Shown piece by piece: positions 27,540 to 37,619 of a DNA stretch of 64,000 nucleotides. Made by a program: the position numbers and the translations under genes. The DNA comes from a virus. Lineage: Duplodnaviria; Heunggongvirae; Uroviricota; Caudoviricetes. A model generated the notes under the pieces. It worked only from the letters and a program-made list of their open reading frames with translations. It ran no database searches and was not told where the DNA came from. The first letter of the stretch is position 1; each line of letters begins with the position of its first letter. Location of the stretch: IMG/VR virus record IMGVR_UViG_3300033143_002710, one strand, 5' to 3'.

Positions 27540-28052
27540 CTATATAAGACCGCGTTCCATCGCGGACTTGAAAGCCTTCTTGAAACGCCTGTGCCATTTT
27601 ATCTCAAGAGCGTCTATCGTTCTGCCAAAAAATACACCGCCAACATATGTGCCTTGTGGCGATCTTTTGACCCCTAATCCCGCCAGTTTGCGCTTATTTA
27701 CGTACCCTTCTTTTTCCCTTGATCGAGGGCCGATAGCTTCGAAATTACCACTCTCTATCTTCAGGAGATAATCCCTTACGTATCGACCTTGTGCGTCACC
27801 ATTGCTACCCCTTTTCTTCGGCACTTTTTGATCTTCATTTATCCAGATAGTCCAACTATCTGCGCTATTCCTTTTGATTCGAACCGCTCGCTGTAATGTT
27901 CCGCTCTTGTACGGAGTGAGCATCCTCATGACTGCGTGTGTTTCTTCGGCCGCTTCCTTGAGGCGATTTCTCAATGCCAGGTTTGCTCTTTTGCCTCTTT
28001 TCCTTAATTCATCTGAAACTTGATTGGCTGAGAAATTTGCCTTTAGGCCCAT
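27540..28052 (-). CDS. tail completion protein (gpZ-like by size and position)
   Basis: 170-aa basic protein. Order FII-Z-U-V as in lambdoid phages. Confidence 0.5.
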   Translation of the reverse strand: MGLKANFSANQVSDELRKRGKRANLALRNRLKEAAEETHAVMRMLTPYKSGTLQRAVRIKRNSADSWTIWINEDQKVPKKRGSNGDAQGRYVRDYLLKIESGNFEAIGPRSREKEGYVNKRKLAGLGVKRSPQGTYVGGVFFGRTIDALEIKWHRRFKKAFKSAMERGLI

Positions 28053-28384
28053 ATTACTAAATCCACTTCGTCGTGATCGTGTGCGCCTCCCATAACGTGT
28101 CTTGGGTCAATCGCGATGACCCTCAGTGTTTGTCCACTGACTTCTACCTTTGAATTTATCGATGCTATTCCTGGAGCCAGTAATATTCTCGCCTCTGATG
28201 TTCTTTCATTACCCGATCCTCTCGAGGCAGCCGAGTCTGTGCGAACAGACGTTGGGCCGGACTTCAACGAAAGGCTGATGATTGCGCATTTTGTGCTTAT
28301 CGAATCACCAAGTTGTTCGGCCCCATAGACATCGAATCCGATTGTCGGGGTTACTGTGCAAGGAATTCTGGGTCTCATTCTCAT
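28043..28384 (-). CDS. head-tail joining protein (gpFII-like by size and position)
   Basis: 113 aa with synteny to lambdoid head-tail connector genes. Confidence 0.5.
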   Translation of the reverse strand: MRMRPRIPCTVTPTIGFDVYGAEQLGDSISTKCAIISLSLKSGPTSVRTDSAASRGSGNERTSEARILLAPGIASINSKVEVSGQTLRVIAIDPRHVMGGAHDHDEVDLVIWA

Positions 28385-28399
28385 AATTAGATTATAGCA

Positions 28400-29524
28400 C
28401 TAGGCTCCAAATGATCCAAAGACAACTGTTGGGCCGCTGACTGCCACCGTGACTGCTATCCAACCTACGTCCCCGTTGTTTCTATTTTCAACCCCAAGAA
28501 ATAATGATCCTGTTGGGAATCCAACATTGTCATCGAACGTGATTGATGTTCCGTCTGCCGCCACACTCTGAACTGTCATTTCTGTTGCACCGACAAGCGT
28601 CTCTGTTGCGTTGAGATAAACTCTCGGCCATATGAATGAATTACCAGAAGCTGTAAATTTGGTAACTGATGGGCTGCCGTCAGCAGTTTGATCTGCGCCA
28701 CCGCTTGGTCCGATTGCTGCACCACTTGCCTCTACTGGCGTGATGCTCGGTGATCCATCGGCCGTTCTAATTGTCTCCGCTACGCCAGCCGCTTCAACAG
28801 GTGTGATTGAGGGCGAACCATCTGCTGTTTCAATCCTCTCTGCTACACCGGCAGCCTCAACTGGTGTGATACTTGGTGATCCGTTTGCCGAACGCTCTTG
28901 TCTTGCTGTACCGGCAGCTTCAATTGGAGTGATTGAAGGTGAGCCATCTGCTGTTTCAATTCTTTCTGCTACACCGGCCGCTGTAATTGGGGTGATTGAA
29001 GGCGAGCCATTTGCCGTTTGATCTGCTAAAGCTCCAAGGTCAACAATCCACTTGAACGCACCAACTTCTACGCCGCGCTGATTACTTGGATTGCCCGTTG
29101 CGCCGCTTGTTTGTATTAGTGCTATAAGAACCTCTGATCCGTCAGGGTCTGTCAGTAAGTTGGCATTCCACTTACCAGAAATAACTTCGCCGGGATTGAG
29201 AGTGGTAGTTGTTCCTGTCGCAAGAACGGAAACCTGTGTATAGGTAGAGGATATAAGCTCCCAAAGTTCTAGTGACCAACCAGGATCGTTGCCGCCTGAT
29301 GCGGATTTTCTTATCTGTACGCGAAATTCCTGAAGATCAACACCTACTGCTGGATTACTTGTTGGATCAGCTATAAGTGCCCGAACAGTGGTATTACCGG
29401 CACCGTCCCAAACTAGCCAATTGCCGTCTGGAGAATCAGGATCGTCATCAACATCTGCGATACTTGGCGCTGTGTAATTAGTTCCTATTTGTAAGCTAGT
29501 GGCAAGTTTATTTTCAATAGCCAT
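28400..29524 (-). CDS. tandem-repeat virion protein (22-aa repeats TADGSPSITPVEAAGVAERxx) with conserved C-terminal SGPTVVF..GA tail
   Basis: About 6 copies of the 22-aa repeat encoded by 66-bp DNA repeats. The N-terminal ~170 aa are non-repetitive. The C-terminus VAVSGPTVVFGSFGA resembles that of 34733..35647. Confidence 0.7.
   Translation of the reverse strand: MAIENKLATSLQIGTNYTAPSIADVDDDPDSPDGNWLVWDGAGNTTVRALIADPTSNPAVGVDLQEFRVQIRKSASGGNDPGWSLELWELISSTYTQVSVLATGTTTTLNPGEVISGKWNANLLTDPDGSEVLIALIQTSGATGNPSNQRGVEVGAFKWIVDLGALADQTANGSPSITPITAAGVAERIETADGSPSITPIEAAGTARQERSANGSPSITPVEAAGVAERIETADGSPSITPVEAAGVAETIRTADGSPSITPVEASGAAIGPSGGADQTADGSPSVTKFTASGNSFIWPRVYLNATETLVGATEMTVQSVAADGTSITFDDNVGFPTGSLFLGVENRNNGDVGWIAVTVAVSGPTVVFGSFGA
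28740..29021. repeat. 66-bp in-frame tandem repeat array (coding)
   Basis: Seen as repeated protein units and as mirror-image repeated plus-strand ORF 28740..29021. Confidence 0.8.
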
Positions 29525-30723
29525 TACGCGAATCCCGTTCCTGTTATTACGAGGCCAGTGTCTCCATCAGTCCAGGACTCTGTGCCGTTTACATCTGTAA
29601 TTTTAACAGATGTTCTTACACCTTGACCACCTGAGATCACATTGCTGATAGATGGGGAGCCGTCCGCTGTCAACTTTCTTTCAGCAACACCCGTCGCTTC
29701 AACTGGTGATATTTGCGGCGAACCATCTGCCGTTTTTCTTGATGCTGCCGTACCAGCAGACTCAACTGGTGTGGTCGATGGTGACCCGTCTGCTGTTATC
29801 TCTCTCTCTGCTGCACCAGATGATTCGACAGGCGTGATGCTTGGTGAACCATCTGCCGTTAGCTCTCTCTTCGCAGAACCGGTCGATGTTATTGGCGTGA
29901 TGCTTGGTGCGCCATCAGCCGTTATTTCTCTTCCAGCCGTACCCATCGCTTCCACTGGAGTTATGGACGGTGAGCCGTCTGCTGTCAATTCTCTTTCAGC
30001 TACACCCGCTGCTTCCACTGGTGTTGTAGATGGTGAACCGTTTGCTGACTTCTCCTGTCTTGCTGAACCAGAAGATTCTACAGGGGTAATTGAAGGTGAG
30101 CCATTCGCTGTTTGATCCGCAGCACCAGGGTTTAATACCGCCGTACCCGCTGCTTCAACTGGAGTTATGGACGGTGATCCATCAGCCGTCAGTTCTCTTT
30201 CTGCAACTCCGGCAGCCGTTATTTTGGTTGTAGACGGTGAACCGTTTGCAGACCTTTCTTGTCTTGCTGAGCCAGACGATTCTGCCGAAGTTATGCTTGG
30301 CGCACCATCTGCCGTTAATTCTCTCTCAGCGACACCTGATGCTTCAATGGGTGTTATGGACGGCGCACCATCTGCCGTTAGCTCTCTTTCAGCAACTCCA
30401 GCCGCAGTGATCTTGGTTGTGGTTGGTGCGCCGTCTGCCGTCTGCACTCGTTCTGCTGAACCAGATGACTCTACCGGAGTGATACTTGGTGAGCCATTTG
30501 CAGATAGCTCTCTCTCAGCGACACCTGATGCTTCAACGGGGCTTATGCTAGGGGAGCCATTTGCCGAACGCTCTTGTCTTGCTGTACCGGTTGCTGTTAT
30601 AGGGGTTATGCTTGGCGAGCCATTTGCTGTGGGACTCCCTGCTTCGGCAGGTGGCGCACGAAAGCGCCTCCGATAAATCGGAGTAAATGACCCGTCTCTT
30701 CGAAAAACGCCGCCGCTAGCCAT
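29524..30723 (-). CDS. tandem-repeat virion protein (about 15 copies of the same 22-aa repeat)
   Basis: Almost entirely repeats (ELTADGSPSITPVEAAGVAER variants). Its stop overlaps the start of 28400..29524. Confidence 0.7.
   Translation of the reverse strand: MASGGVFRRDGSFTPIYRRRFRAPPAEAGSPTANGSPSITPITATGTARQERSANGSPSISPVEASGVAERELSANGSPSITPVESSGSAERVQTADGAPTTTKITAAGVAERELTADGAPSITPIEASGVAERELTADGAPSITSAESSGSARQERSANGSPSTTKITAAGVAERELTADGSPSITPVEAAGTAVLNPGAADQTANGSPSITPVESSGSARQEKSANGSPSTTPVEAAGVAERELTADGSPSITPVEAMGTAGREITADGAPSITPITSTGSAKRELTADGSPSITPVESSGAAEREITADGSPSTTPVESAGTAASRKTADGSPQISPVEATGVAERKLTADGSPSISNVISGGQGVRTSVKITDVNGTESWTDGDTGLVITGTGFA
29642..30676. repeat. 66-bp in-frame tandem repeat array (coding, about 15 units)
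   Basis: The same repeat family as 28740..29021. The plus-strand ORFs 29642..30115 and 30167..30676 are antisense shadows. Confidence 0.8.
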
Positions 30724-31420
30724 ACATAACGCCCAAACGCCTTGTCACTCTTTTACGCGCACTTGGTTCTTTTATAAATACAGCAATCAACCCTGCTCCA
30801 TCTACTGCCGCATTGTCCCATGTTGCCTGACCACGGGCGGGTTCTTGTCCTGTCAAAACCTTATGCGCGCTTCCCATAAACGTGTCGCCTGTTGGAAGGG
30901 CGGTCGGATCGATATCTTCGATATATGAATTAACCCAAGAGCCGATTGCGTCTCCCTGGTCTATAGGCTCTCCACCCGCTAAAACGATAGCTATAGAATC
31001 TGGCCCAGCGAGACTTTCGGTTTCGCCAGAATCGAATGCTGTTCCAGTCTGTTCGCTAATCATAGCCATTTTGTCTAAAGGATCGGTTTTGAACGGACCC
31101 TCTATATGGTACAAAATACCACACATAGCCGCAGAAGCTGACGTTCGAAATGTTACTAGCTCTTCGTCGCCAGCCGCTATTTTATACCATATATTGTAGA
31201 AGCCTCCCACGCCGTCGTACGCCTCTATAGGAGCCTTTGTCCATATATTTTCACCGTCGTCTTGAGGGACTAGCGACGTTGCCGCTTCAACATGATGACA
31301 TGCTACCAGCAAGTTTCCGGCTATAGCAGTTTGAGATACGTCATTCATATCAACAGCAAATATCGCCGCTGTAGCTACAAACGATTGCGGCGGTGAGGTG
31401 AGTAAATCGCCAAAGGCCAT
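30716..31420 (-). CDS. hypothetical virion-module protein
   Basis: 234-aa ORF in the co-oriented structural block. Confidence 0.55.
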   Translation of the reverse strand: MAFGDLLTSPPQSFVATAAIFAVDMNDVSQTAIAGNLLVACHHVEAATSLVPQDDGENIWTKAPIEAYDGVGGFYNIWYKIAAGDEELVTFRTSASAAMCGILYHIEGPFKTDPLDKMAMISEQTGTAFDSGETESLAGPDSIAIVLAGGEPIDQGDAIGSWVNSYIEDIDPTALPTGDTFMGSAHKVLTGQEPARGQATWDNAAVDGAGLIAVFIKEPSARKRVTRRLGVMYG

Positions 31421-31425
31421 TGTTG

Positions 31426-31878
31426 TTACCCTATTTCTTCGAACTCGATCTCGTAAGCCAATGTTACTGAGGTAACGGCGATTCCAAGATTGATAGCGAA
31501 GAAGTGACCGCCACGAATAATCGGACGCTGCTCTGGAGTCCAGATTTTCTGGTAACCAGCAAGCAGTGAAATGCCTTCGCGCACCAGAAACTCTTCACCC
31601 GTCGAGATGTCGACCGAATGATTGTCTTCGGCTGTACCGGCAAATGCCGCATCACCAAAGTCTTTCTTCTCGACGTTTGCGACAATGTTTGTGCCCGTAC
31701 CAGAAGCTGTATAGCGGCCCATAGTCAATAGGGTGCTATCGTCAGTCTCGCTAGTAGACTGAGATACAGACACCGAGTGAATGACAACTATTCGATTAGC
31801 TACTGCGCCAATCTCAACAATTGTCTTTGGCCCGGTGAACGCGGCTATTGTGTTTGATAAAATATACTTTCTGCCCAT
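31426..31878 (-). CDS. hypothetical virion-module protein
   Basis: 150-aa ORF. Confidence 0.55.
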   Translation of the reverse strand: MGRKYILSNTIAAFTGPKTIVEIGAVANRIVVIHSVSVSQSTSETDDSTLLTMGRYTASGTGTNIVANVEKKDFGDAAFAGTAEDNHSVDISTGEEFLVREGISLLAGYQKIWTPEQRPIIRGGHFFAINLGIAVTSVTLAYEIEFEEIG

Positions 31879-31888
31879 GACGGGACTC

Positions 31889-33121
31889 CTACATAGTTAA
31901 AAGGGTTTTCATTGATCGTCGTCGTTCTTTGATTATGTGGTACGGAAATGCCGATGGTGCTTCGCCAACTACAAGAATCTTTTCATTGTACTTTTGAACT
32001 CCTGCATCGTCATATATATATGCAAAAACAGTGTCGACGCCGCGAATATAGATATGCCCTGATAGCCAGTTGCAAGTGATCGCATCCATTTCTTCGTTAA
32101 GGCTACCCCAAAGAGCGCCATCATTGGTGCTGGACATATAATAAATATCTTGATCGACGCCCTGTGCGCCACCGCCAGAGTAAAGTGCGTGGAGGTTGCC
32201 GTTTTCCTCACCGATTGAATGAACCCCAAAATTACCGTTAGCGAATACCTCTTGCGCGCTTGAAATAAATCTAGCGGCTAATGTTGAAATATCATCGGAC
32301 CCGTCTTCTACTGCTCGAATACTGTTTATCGTATTTATGCTGCCAGCGTTACGAGTATAGGCCCAGCACATGCGCTGAGTTCCAGCGTCCTCGTACGACA
32401 CTGCGTTAGTGATAGTGGTCAACGCTTCAGTGCTGCCAAGATTAATGGCGGCAATCGTTGTACTTAAAACGTCAGATGGATCGAGCGTTCGCGCCTCATA
32501 TTCGATGTACGTTGAGAGCGAGCCACCGCCAGTTGTTTTCGTCCACAATAGGTGCATATCGTCAGTTAGCGGACCCTTGGTGATAACCGGGTTTCCAAAA
32601 TGAATCGCACTTGCGTCATCTATTGCAACTGGGCCTCCCCATGTTCCACCCGTTCGCACGTTAAGGTCGATACGCTCTTTCTGCGCACCATGAACAGTCT
32701 CACTTGCGCCATTGTACGCAACCACAACATCGCCGTCCGAACGAACCGATATAGATATCCACTGATTGAGTGGTAAAAATGTCGTAATTGTTTCGATTAC
32801 TTCATTCGTAATAACCCACGCATCGGTCGCCATGTTGAATGTGTGATAACGATAATTTTGGTTCGCACCTGACACTTCTGCCGTGGCGATATGCAGAACG
32901 TCGCCGTCTTGATATTGACTTACGACATTGGCAATTACGCCGAGAACTGGATTATTTGCCGCGTCCTGGATGGCCCATGATGATGTTGGGTCAGTCGCCT
33001 TGAATACGTCAACCCCCGTTCCATTAATCGATACAGCGTAAAAACTTCCACCGCTTGATTTTCTTGGCGGATAAAACCCACCAACTTGAGCGGTTGATTG
33101 AATTGTAGTTGGCAAAGCCAT
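31889..33121 (-). CDS. hypothetical protein, beta-rich (possible propeller-like fold)
   Basis: 410 aa with repeated G/S/T-rich segments. No catalytic motif recognised. Confidence 0.55.
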   Translation of the reverse strand: MALPTTIQSTAQVGGFYPPRKSSGGSFYAVSINGTGVDVFKATDPTSSWAIQDAANNPVLGVIANVVSQYQDGDVLHIATAEVSGANQNYRYHTFNMATDAWVITNEVIETITTFLPLNQWISISVRSDGDVVVAYNGASETVHGAQKERIDLNVRTGGTWGGPVAIDDASAIHFGNPVITKGPLTDDMHLLWTKTTGGGSLSTYIEYEARTLDPSDVLSTTIAAINLGSTEALTTITNAVSYEDAGTQRMCWAYTRNAGSINTINSIRAVEDGSDDISTLAARFISSAQEVFANGNFGVHSIGEENGNLHALYSGGGAQGVDQDIYYMSSTNDGALWGSLNEEMDAITCNWLSGHIYIRGVDTVFAYIYDDAGVQKYNEKILVVGEAPSAFPYHIIKERRRSMKTLLTM

Positions 33122-33741
33122 TACGGAGCTACCAATTCAAAAGTGCCGGTGGTTATCACACGATGGCCTGTCAACGTCGCCAGGTCTTGTGCTGTTCTGA
33201 ACCCTGACGGTGTGTAAATCCAAAACTTCTTAGCCGTTGATTGATCGAACAAAGTCACCATCGTTAAGATTTCAGCATCTGTCATTCCGTCCGTTACCAT
33301 GTCCTCGGTGCAAATCCACGTAGGAGCGCCGCCCAGAGCCGCCCCAATCGCTTGTCTCGACTCTTGGGTACTCATGTCCTCATTGAGAACCAACTCCTTA
33401 GCCCTGGCCGCTGCGCCTATCTCCACGGAGTCGTCTGAGTCTTTCTCTGCTTGGATATAAACCGATGTGTCGGTTCCTATCGCTGAGCAACCAATTCTGT
33501 TTCGAAGAGCCTTGACACCCCAACCAAATCCAGCGCCTACAATCAACACTCGATCAGAAGCATCTATGGCTGGCGTAATTATAGGAAGAATGCCTTTCCA
33601 ACGGGCAACCATAATTGGTCGCATAAAGTATTCGTGATAGTTTATTCGAACCTCTGGACGAGTATTTGGATGACCACCCATGTGCCTTTCTACACGAAAG
33701 GAATACGATGCGTCAAAGTCTGATTTTGTCCAAGCTGCCAT
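33121..33741 (-). CDS. putative SAM-dependent methyltransferase-like protein
   Basis: Rossmann motif I-like VLIVGAGFGWG, followed by an acidic AIGTDTS motif II-like segment. Weak assignment. Confidence 0.45.
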   Translation of the reverse strand: MAAWTKSDFDASYSFRVERHMGGHPNTRPEVRINYHEYFMRPIMVARWKGILPIITPAIDASDRVLIVGAGFGWGVKALRNRIGCSAIGTDTSVYIQAEKDSDDSVEIGAAARAKELVLNEDMSTQESRQAIGAALGGAPTWICTEDMVTDGMTDAEILTMVTLFDQSTAKKFWIYTPSGFRTAQDLATLTGHRVITTGTFELVAP

Positions 33742-33764
33742 ACTACCCTCTTTCAGAAAATAAA

Positions 33765-33797
33765 AAGGCGCTGGCCCAATTACATGAGCAGCGCCTT
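33765..33797 (-). terminator. rho-independent terminator downstream of 33873..34244
   Basis: AAGGCGCTG-15nt-CAGCGCCTT 9-bp stem, followed on the minus strand by TTTTATTTTCT. Confidence 0.65.
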
Positions 33798-33872
33798 TCG
33801 TGGATTATTATCGGTCTCCACCTACCGCACCCTCAATGGAGTGTGGTAGATAGTGGCGTCAAAATCTCGCTA

Positions 33873-34244
33873 TTAAGCCGGTACGTCTATCGAGAACGTT
33901 GTCAGTTCAACGGTATCCGTCGCCCCAACAATCAGCGAAGACATATTGATGTCTGCGCCTGATGTAGCAACCGTTCCCGTAATCTTGAGAACAGCGCCTG
34001 ATGCAAAAATCTGGAAGGCATCAACTGCGCCAGCATTACCCGTCGCATTGGTGTCCTGAATTGGTTGGCCTGCCATTGTGATAACGCCAACAGCGGCGGA
34101 ACCAAACGCCGGATTCTGGAAGGTAATTGTTGCAACCTCCACCTGTGCGCCAGTCTGGAATTCGAGATAACCCGCCGTTCCAATTTCCGCGTCAATCGCG
34201 TCTGCTGCTGCGTTTCGAACAGCCGTTTCTAAAGTTAGTGCCAT
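33873..34244 (-). CDS. hypothetical virion protein followed by a strong terminator (candidate abundant protein)
   Basis: 123 aa, Ala/Thr/Gly-rich and beta-like. A terminator lies immediately downstream. Confidence 0.55.
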   Translation of the reverse strand: MALTLETAVRNAAADAIDAEIGTAGYLEFQTGAQVEVATITFQNPAFGSAAVGVITMAGQPIQDTNATGNAGAVDAFQIFASGAVLKITGTVATSGADINMSSLIVGATDTVELTTFSIDVPA

Positions 34245-34250
34245 GCCAAA

Positions 34251-34460
34251 TTACTCCTTTGAAGGCTTCGCAGCAGGAGCAGGTTTCTCGAGAACTTCGA
34301 GAACCCGCCCATATGAATTTTGGAACTCAACAAGGGCATCTTTGGCCTTCTTGTAGTTGTTCTTACTTTTGTCGAAGGAGTCGCGAGCCTCGTTAAAGGT
34401 TTCCTTTAACTCGGCCTGTTCTTTCTTCAATCCAACAACCGTAATCTGTCTTTCCGCCAT
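34251..34460 (-). CDS. small coiled-coil protein
   Basis: 69 aa, charged/helical. ATGA overlap with the upstream gene. Confidence 0.45.
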   Translation of the reverse strand: MAERQITVVGLKKEQAELKETFNEARDSFDKSKNNYKKAKDALVEFQNSYGRVLEVLEKPAPAAKPSKE

Positions 34461-34657
34461 TACTTCCTTCCTTCTTCAAATTGGGCCGGGTCAACTCCGG
34501 GGTCGTACTTAATGTCGCCGTTGGCTTTGCGAACTACCGCTGTGCCTCGCAATCTTGCTCCTGGTCTTCCCAAAAGCTCCTTGATATCTTCCGGGTCCAT
34601 AGCTTCCAGTTGTTCCTGCGTGAAAACCCGTCTCAAAACTTTCTGTTGTTCGTCCAT
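34460..34657 (-). CDS. hypothetical small protein
   Basis: 65-aa ORF. Confidence 0.4.
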   Translation of the reverse strand: MDEQQKVLRRVFTQEQLEAMDPEDIKELLGRPGARLRGTAVVRKANGDIKYDPGVDPAQFEEGRK

Positions 34658-34732
34658 CCTGGTCTCCCTTAAACGACTGATTGGCCGCTTACAGAATAAG
34701 CGAGGTGACTATTCACCCCGCTTACTTATATA

Positions 34733-35647
34733 TTACGCTCCTACCGCTACGAATACAACCGTAGGACCAGCAGAATCAACAATCGCATCGATGTCAACCG
34801 ACAAAGCGACTCCGCCAGATTTCGTTCTAAACTCAAGCGCACCATAATTGATGGCGGCTCCGTTTCCACAGGTTATACCTGAAGTCTCGGCAGCAGCAAG
34901 GGTCTTCTCTGCTATACCACCGCCAGATGTCCATGTGAAATCGTTGACCGACTGAACACTGTGGTTGGCCAATGTGACATGCGAGATACCACCTTGGTTT
35001 GTCCATCCTGCCAGAATAGCTAGAGTTAGTAATGTGTCGCCGAATGTCTGGCCAGTATAATCCGCTGCATCAAGAGCGATGTAAGCAGCGCCCGTTAATG
35101 CGTCACGCGCCCAGAAAGAATCTTCGGCATCTGTTTGGTTTGCTCCAGAATCGTCGACTCGAGCCTTGAAATAGTTTTGATCGCCAGGGGCGTCCGACAC
35201 GATTGGTGCCGTTCCTATGGTCTCGATGAACGACCAACCAACCTGGAATGAAATTGCCGTTTGGTTTCCACCGGCCATAAATGGGTCATTTTCGAGAGTT
35301 ACCCTGTCCGTTGAAACCAATGCCAGAATAATATAAAAACCGTCTGTAATTGTTGCGTGTGAAATATACAGAGCGTCACCCGCTGCAAGACCGGTATTTG
35401 AAGCTATGTTTAATTCATCCAACGTATCGTCATATGTCGCCGTTGTACCGGCCAATACGACTGTGGCAGCAGGAGTAAGCGAAGATTTGACTGAGCTTGT
35501 TCCGGGGAATCCAGACGCTTGATCAAGCCAAGCCTCTACTACCGTCGCGACATCGAAACTTGACGCGGCAAATACAAACTGAGCGTTAAGACCGTCGAGA
35601 ATTGGATCAGCGGCAGATGCACCAGCGCCGTTTATTAATAGTGCCAT
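34733..35647 (-). CDS. hypothetical virion protein sharing a C-terminal motif with the repeat protein 28400..29524
   Basis: The C-terminus DSAGPTVVFVAVGA aligns with VSGPTVVFGSFGA. Confidence 0.55.
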   Translation of the reverse strand: MALLINGAGASAADPILDGLNAQFVFAASSFDVATVVEAWLDQASGFPGTSSVKSSLTPAATVVLAGTTATYDDTLDELNIASNTGLAAGDALYISHATITDGFYIILALVSTDRVTLENDPFMAGGNQTAISFQVGWSFIETIGTAPIVSDAPGDQNYFKARVDDSGANQTDAEDSFWARDALTGAAYIALDAADYTGQTFGDTLLTLAILAGWTNQGGISHVTLANHSVQSVNDFTWTSGGGIAEKTLAAAETSGITCGNGAAINYGALEFRTKSGGVALSVDIDAIVDSAGPTVVFVAVGA

Positions 35648-35657
35648 GTTTTATTTC

Positions 35658-35870
35658 CTAGGTCTTCAGTGCCCAAATGCCATCGGAGACTACGTGCCTC
35701 TCCATGAATGCGATACGGCTTATGCCGAGCGCCCGCGCAAAATCATTTGGCCCATCGGCGTCTTCATTTGCCTTGTCCAAAATCTCGTCGATTTGAGGCA
35801 TTGAGAGCGGCGTCCCATTAAGTTTCCTCAGAAACCTTGGCACGTAGTTCAAACTCTTGAAATCGCTCAA
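35658..35870 (-). CDS. hypothetical small protein
   Basis: 70-aa ORF. Confidence 0.4.
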   Translation of the reverse strand: MSDFKSLNYVPRFLRKLNGTPLSMPQIDEILDKANEDADGPNDFARALGISRIAFMERHVVSDGIWALKT

Positions 35871-36033
35871 CCTTTTCTCCTCGCTCTCATGTCGATGAAC
35901 TTATTCATTGATGCAGCACAACGACTGCAAACCGGAACATACGGCTCACCCATGTGTTTCCAGATGTAAAACCGCCTTTCGCAAGAACAGGTCACACGCT
36001 TCAAAAGGCTTACCATATCAGACTCTTAGTTTA

Positions 36034-36381
36034 TCATACAAAAATTTTGACCGCATCAACAATACTCTTCTCAACCTTGAATCTCACAACGTGAGAGGGT
36101 CTGATTAAAGTGCCATTTGCGTCATTTGTGAAAACCTGAACCATGTATTCACCTGGCTCTGTGAAATCGGTAGATTCGATATCAAAATAAACGTGACCGG
36201 TTACGGCGTCCAATACCTTTGCCAGCGGGATCGTTCTTGAAACAATCGAGCCATTTGGTCTGCCAATAACACCTTTGACCTCCCCTTCCTCCAGATTGCT
36301 CATATCGATGCCCGTTTTGATTGAAAACGAGAAACCCGCTTCACCAGGATAAAATACTTCTTCCAATAAAATATGTGCCAT
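36034..36381 (-). CDS. hypothetical protein
   Basis: 115-aa ORF. Confidence 0.5.
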   Translation of the reverse strand: MAHILLEEVFYPGEAGFSFSIKTGIDMSNLEEGEVKGVIGRPNGSIVSRTIPLAKVLDAVTGHVYFDIESTDFTEPGEYMVQVFTNDANGTLIRPSHVVRFKVEKSIVDAVKIFV

Positions 36382-36929
36382 TATGCTGCTCTCTCCGCCC
36401 CGATCACTTCAAGCGTTGGCCTGACTGTGACTGAGTTTGTGTGATATGTATATTGTACTGCAAATCCGTCGATCACTTCTAGCGTCAAGGTGGTTATATC
36501 CTCTCCCCCTAGCGGAACTGCAACAGAACCAAAAATCGTATAGTTACCGGCGATGTCACGAACTCGACCTTCAAGCTCGTAAAACCCATTGATAATGGAC
36601 GCAAGAGGAACCGTTATTCTCCAAACGTCATTTGGTATCCCCGGTGTTTCATCTGGTACAGCGACAGTGGGATAAGACACTCTGAGACTGTCTGAGAGAC
36701 GCTTGAGCGTCATAAAGCCATCTACCCCATCATAGTCTTCAACATAGTCAGAATCCAGCACACCAAGCTCTTCACTGGACTTGATGGTCAGGAGCATATT
36801 GGTAAATGCACCCCTGGGAAACACAACGTCCACGCCGTACCCCACCGTGCCGACGCCAATGGTATTTTGAGACCTAATCGCATTCACGATTTCTGTCTGT
36901 CGAAGTCCGGCCGTTAGGATCTGAGTCAT
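36381..36929 (-). CDS. hypothetical protein
   Basis: 182-aa ORF with ATGA-type overlaps on both sides. Confidence 0.55.
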   Translation of the reverse strand: MTQILTAGLRQTEIVNAIRSQNTIGVGTVGYGVDVVFPRGAFTNMLLTIKSSEELGVLDSDYVEDYDGVDGFMTLKRLSDSLRVSYPTVAVPDETPGIPNDVWRITVPLASIINGFYELEGRVRDIAGNYTIFGSVAVPLGGEDITTLTLEVIDGFAVQYTYHTNSVTVRPTLEVIGAERAA

Positions 36930-37618
36930 ATCAAAATCCCTTGGCTTCCTGGATGGAGATATTTTGATTTCATCTCTGGAGTAATATCGACCAGATCAAA
37001 TTCTATTCCGTCACTCAAATGGTCTGGTCTATTCAGGGTGACACTCTTGCGATTCTCAGAGCTAATATCTCCAATTGCCAGATCATTCGCCAGCCCGTAG
37101 TAGTATTGTGAGCTATGCGCCTTCAAATATATTTTGGTATACCAAATCTTACCAGCTTTGTCCTTGTACGTGAATGTATTCGGCTTGGTTATGTGTCTGA
37201 GAGCTTGCGCTTTGGCCGAAACATGTTTGTCTTTGGGCAATGTGTTGATGACTGTCTGAACCTGTCTAAACAGGGAGCTTACCGCCTGGCTATCGCGAGA
37301 TATTTGACGAACGATCTCGATCTGAAAGTCATATAAGTTTGCGACCATCTCCGGAGTCTCTATCCAACCAACCACGCCTTTTATTTCCTGGGTGATTGAT
37401 TTAGCAATACTCCTTTCCGTTCTCGCAGCTTCACCACCTACGGTAGATAACTTGCGATCAAGTTGACTTTGAGCCTTTGAACTTGGAACGGCTGGTGAAT
37501 AAACGGCCGACATAAACTCACCACGCATCGCGGCATGGATTGCGTCGTATCGTCCAATTAAGTCTCGTTTGGCCCTTTCAATGATTTGTCTAAGCCTGAC
37601 TGCTTTTTCCGCATCCAT
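36926..37618 (-). CDS. hypothetical protein
   Basis: 230-aa ORF. Confidence 0.55.
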   Translation of the reverse strand: MDAEKAVRLRQIIERAKRDLIGRYDAIHAAMRGEFMSAVYSPAVPSSKAQSQLDRKLSTVGGEAARTERSIAKSITQEIKGVVGWIETPEMVANLYDFQIEIVRQISRDSQAVSSLFRQVQTVINTLPKDKHVSAKAQALRHITKPNTFTYKDKAGKIWYTKIYLKAHSSQYYYGLANDLAIGDISSENRKSVTLNRPDHLSDGIEFDLVDITPEMKSKYLHPGSQGILI

Positions 37619-37619
37619 G

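Noticed and set aside
28740-30676. Possibility that the 66-bp repeats form a CRISPR array
   Set aside because: The units are contiguous with no unique spacers, are in-frame coding sequence of two long ORFs, and are imperfect at the protein level. The plus-strand ORFs there are mirror images of the repeats.
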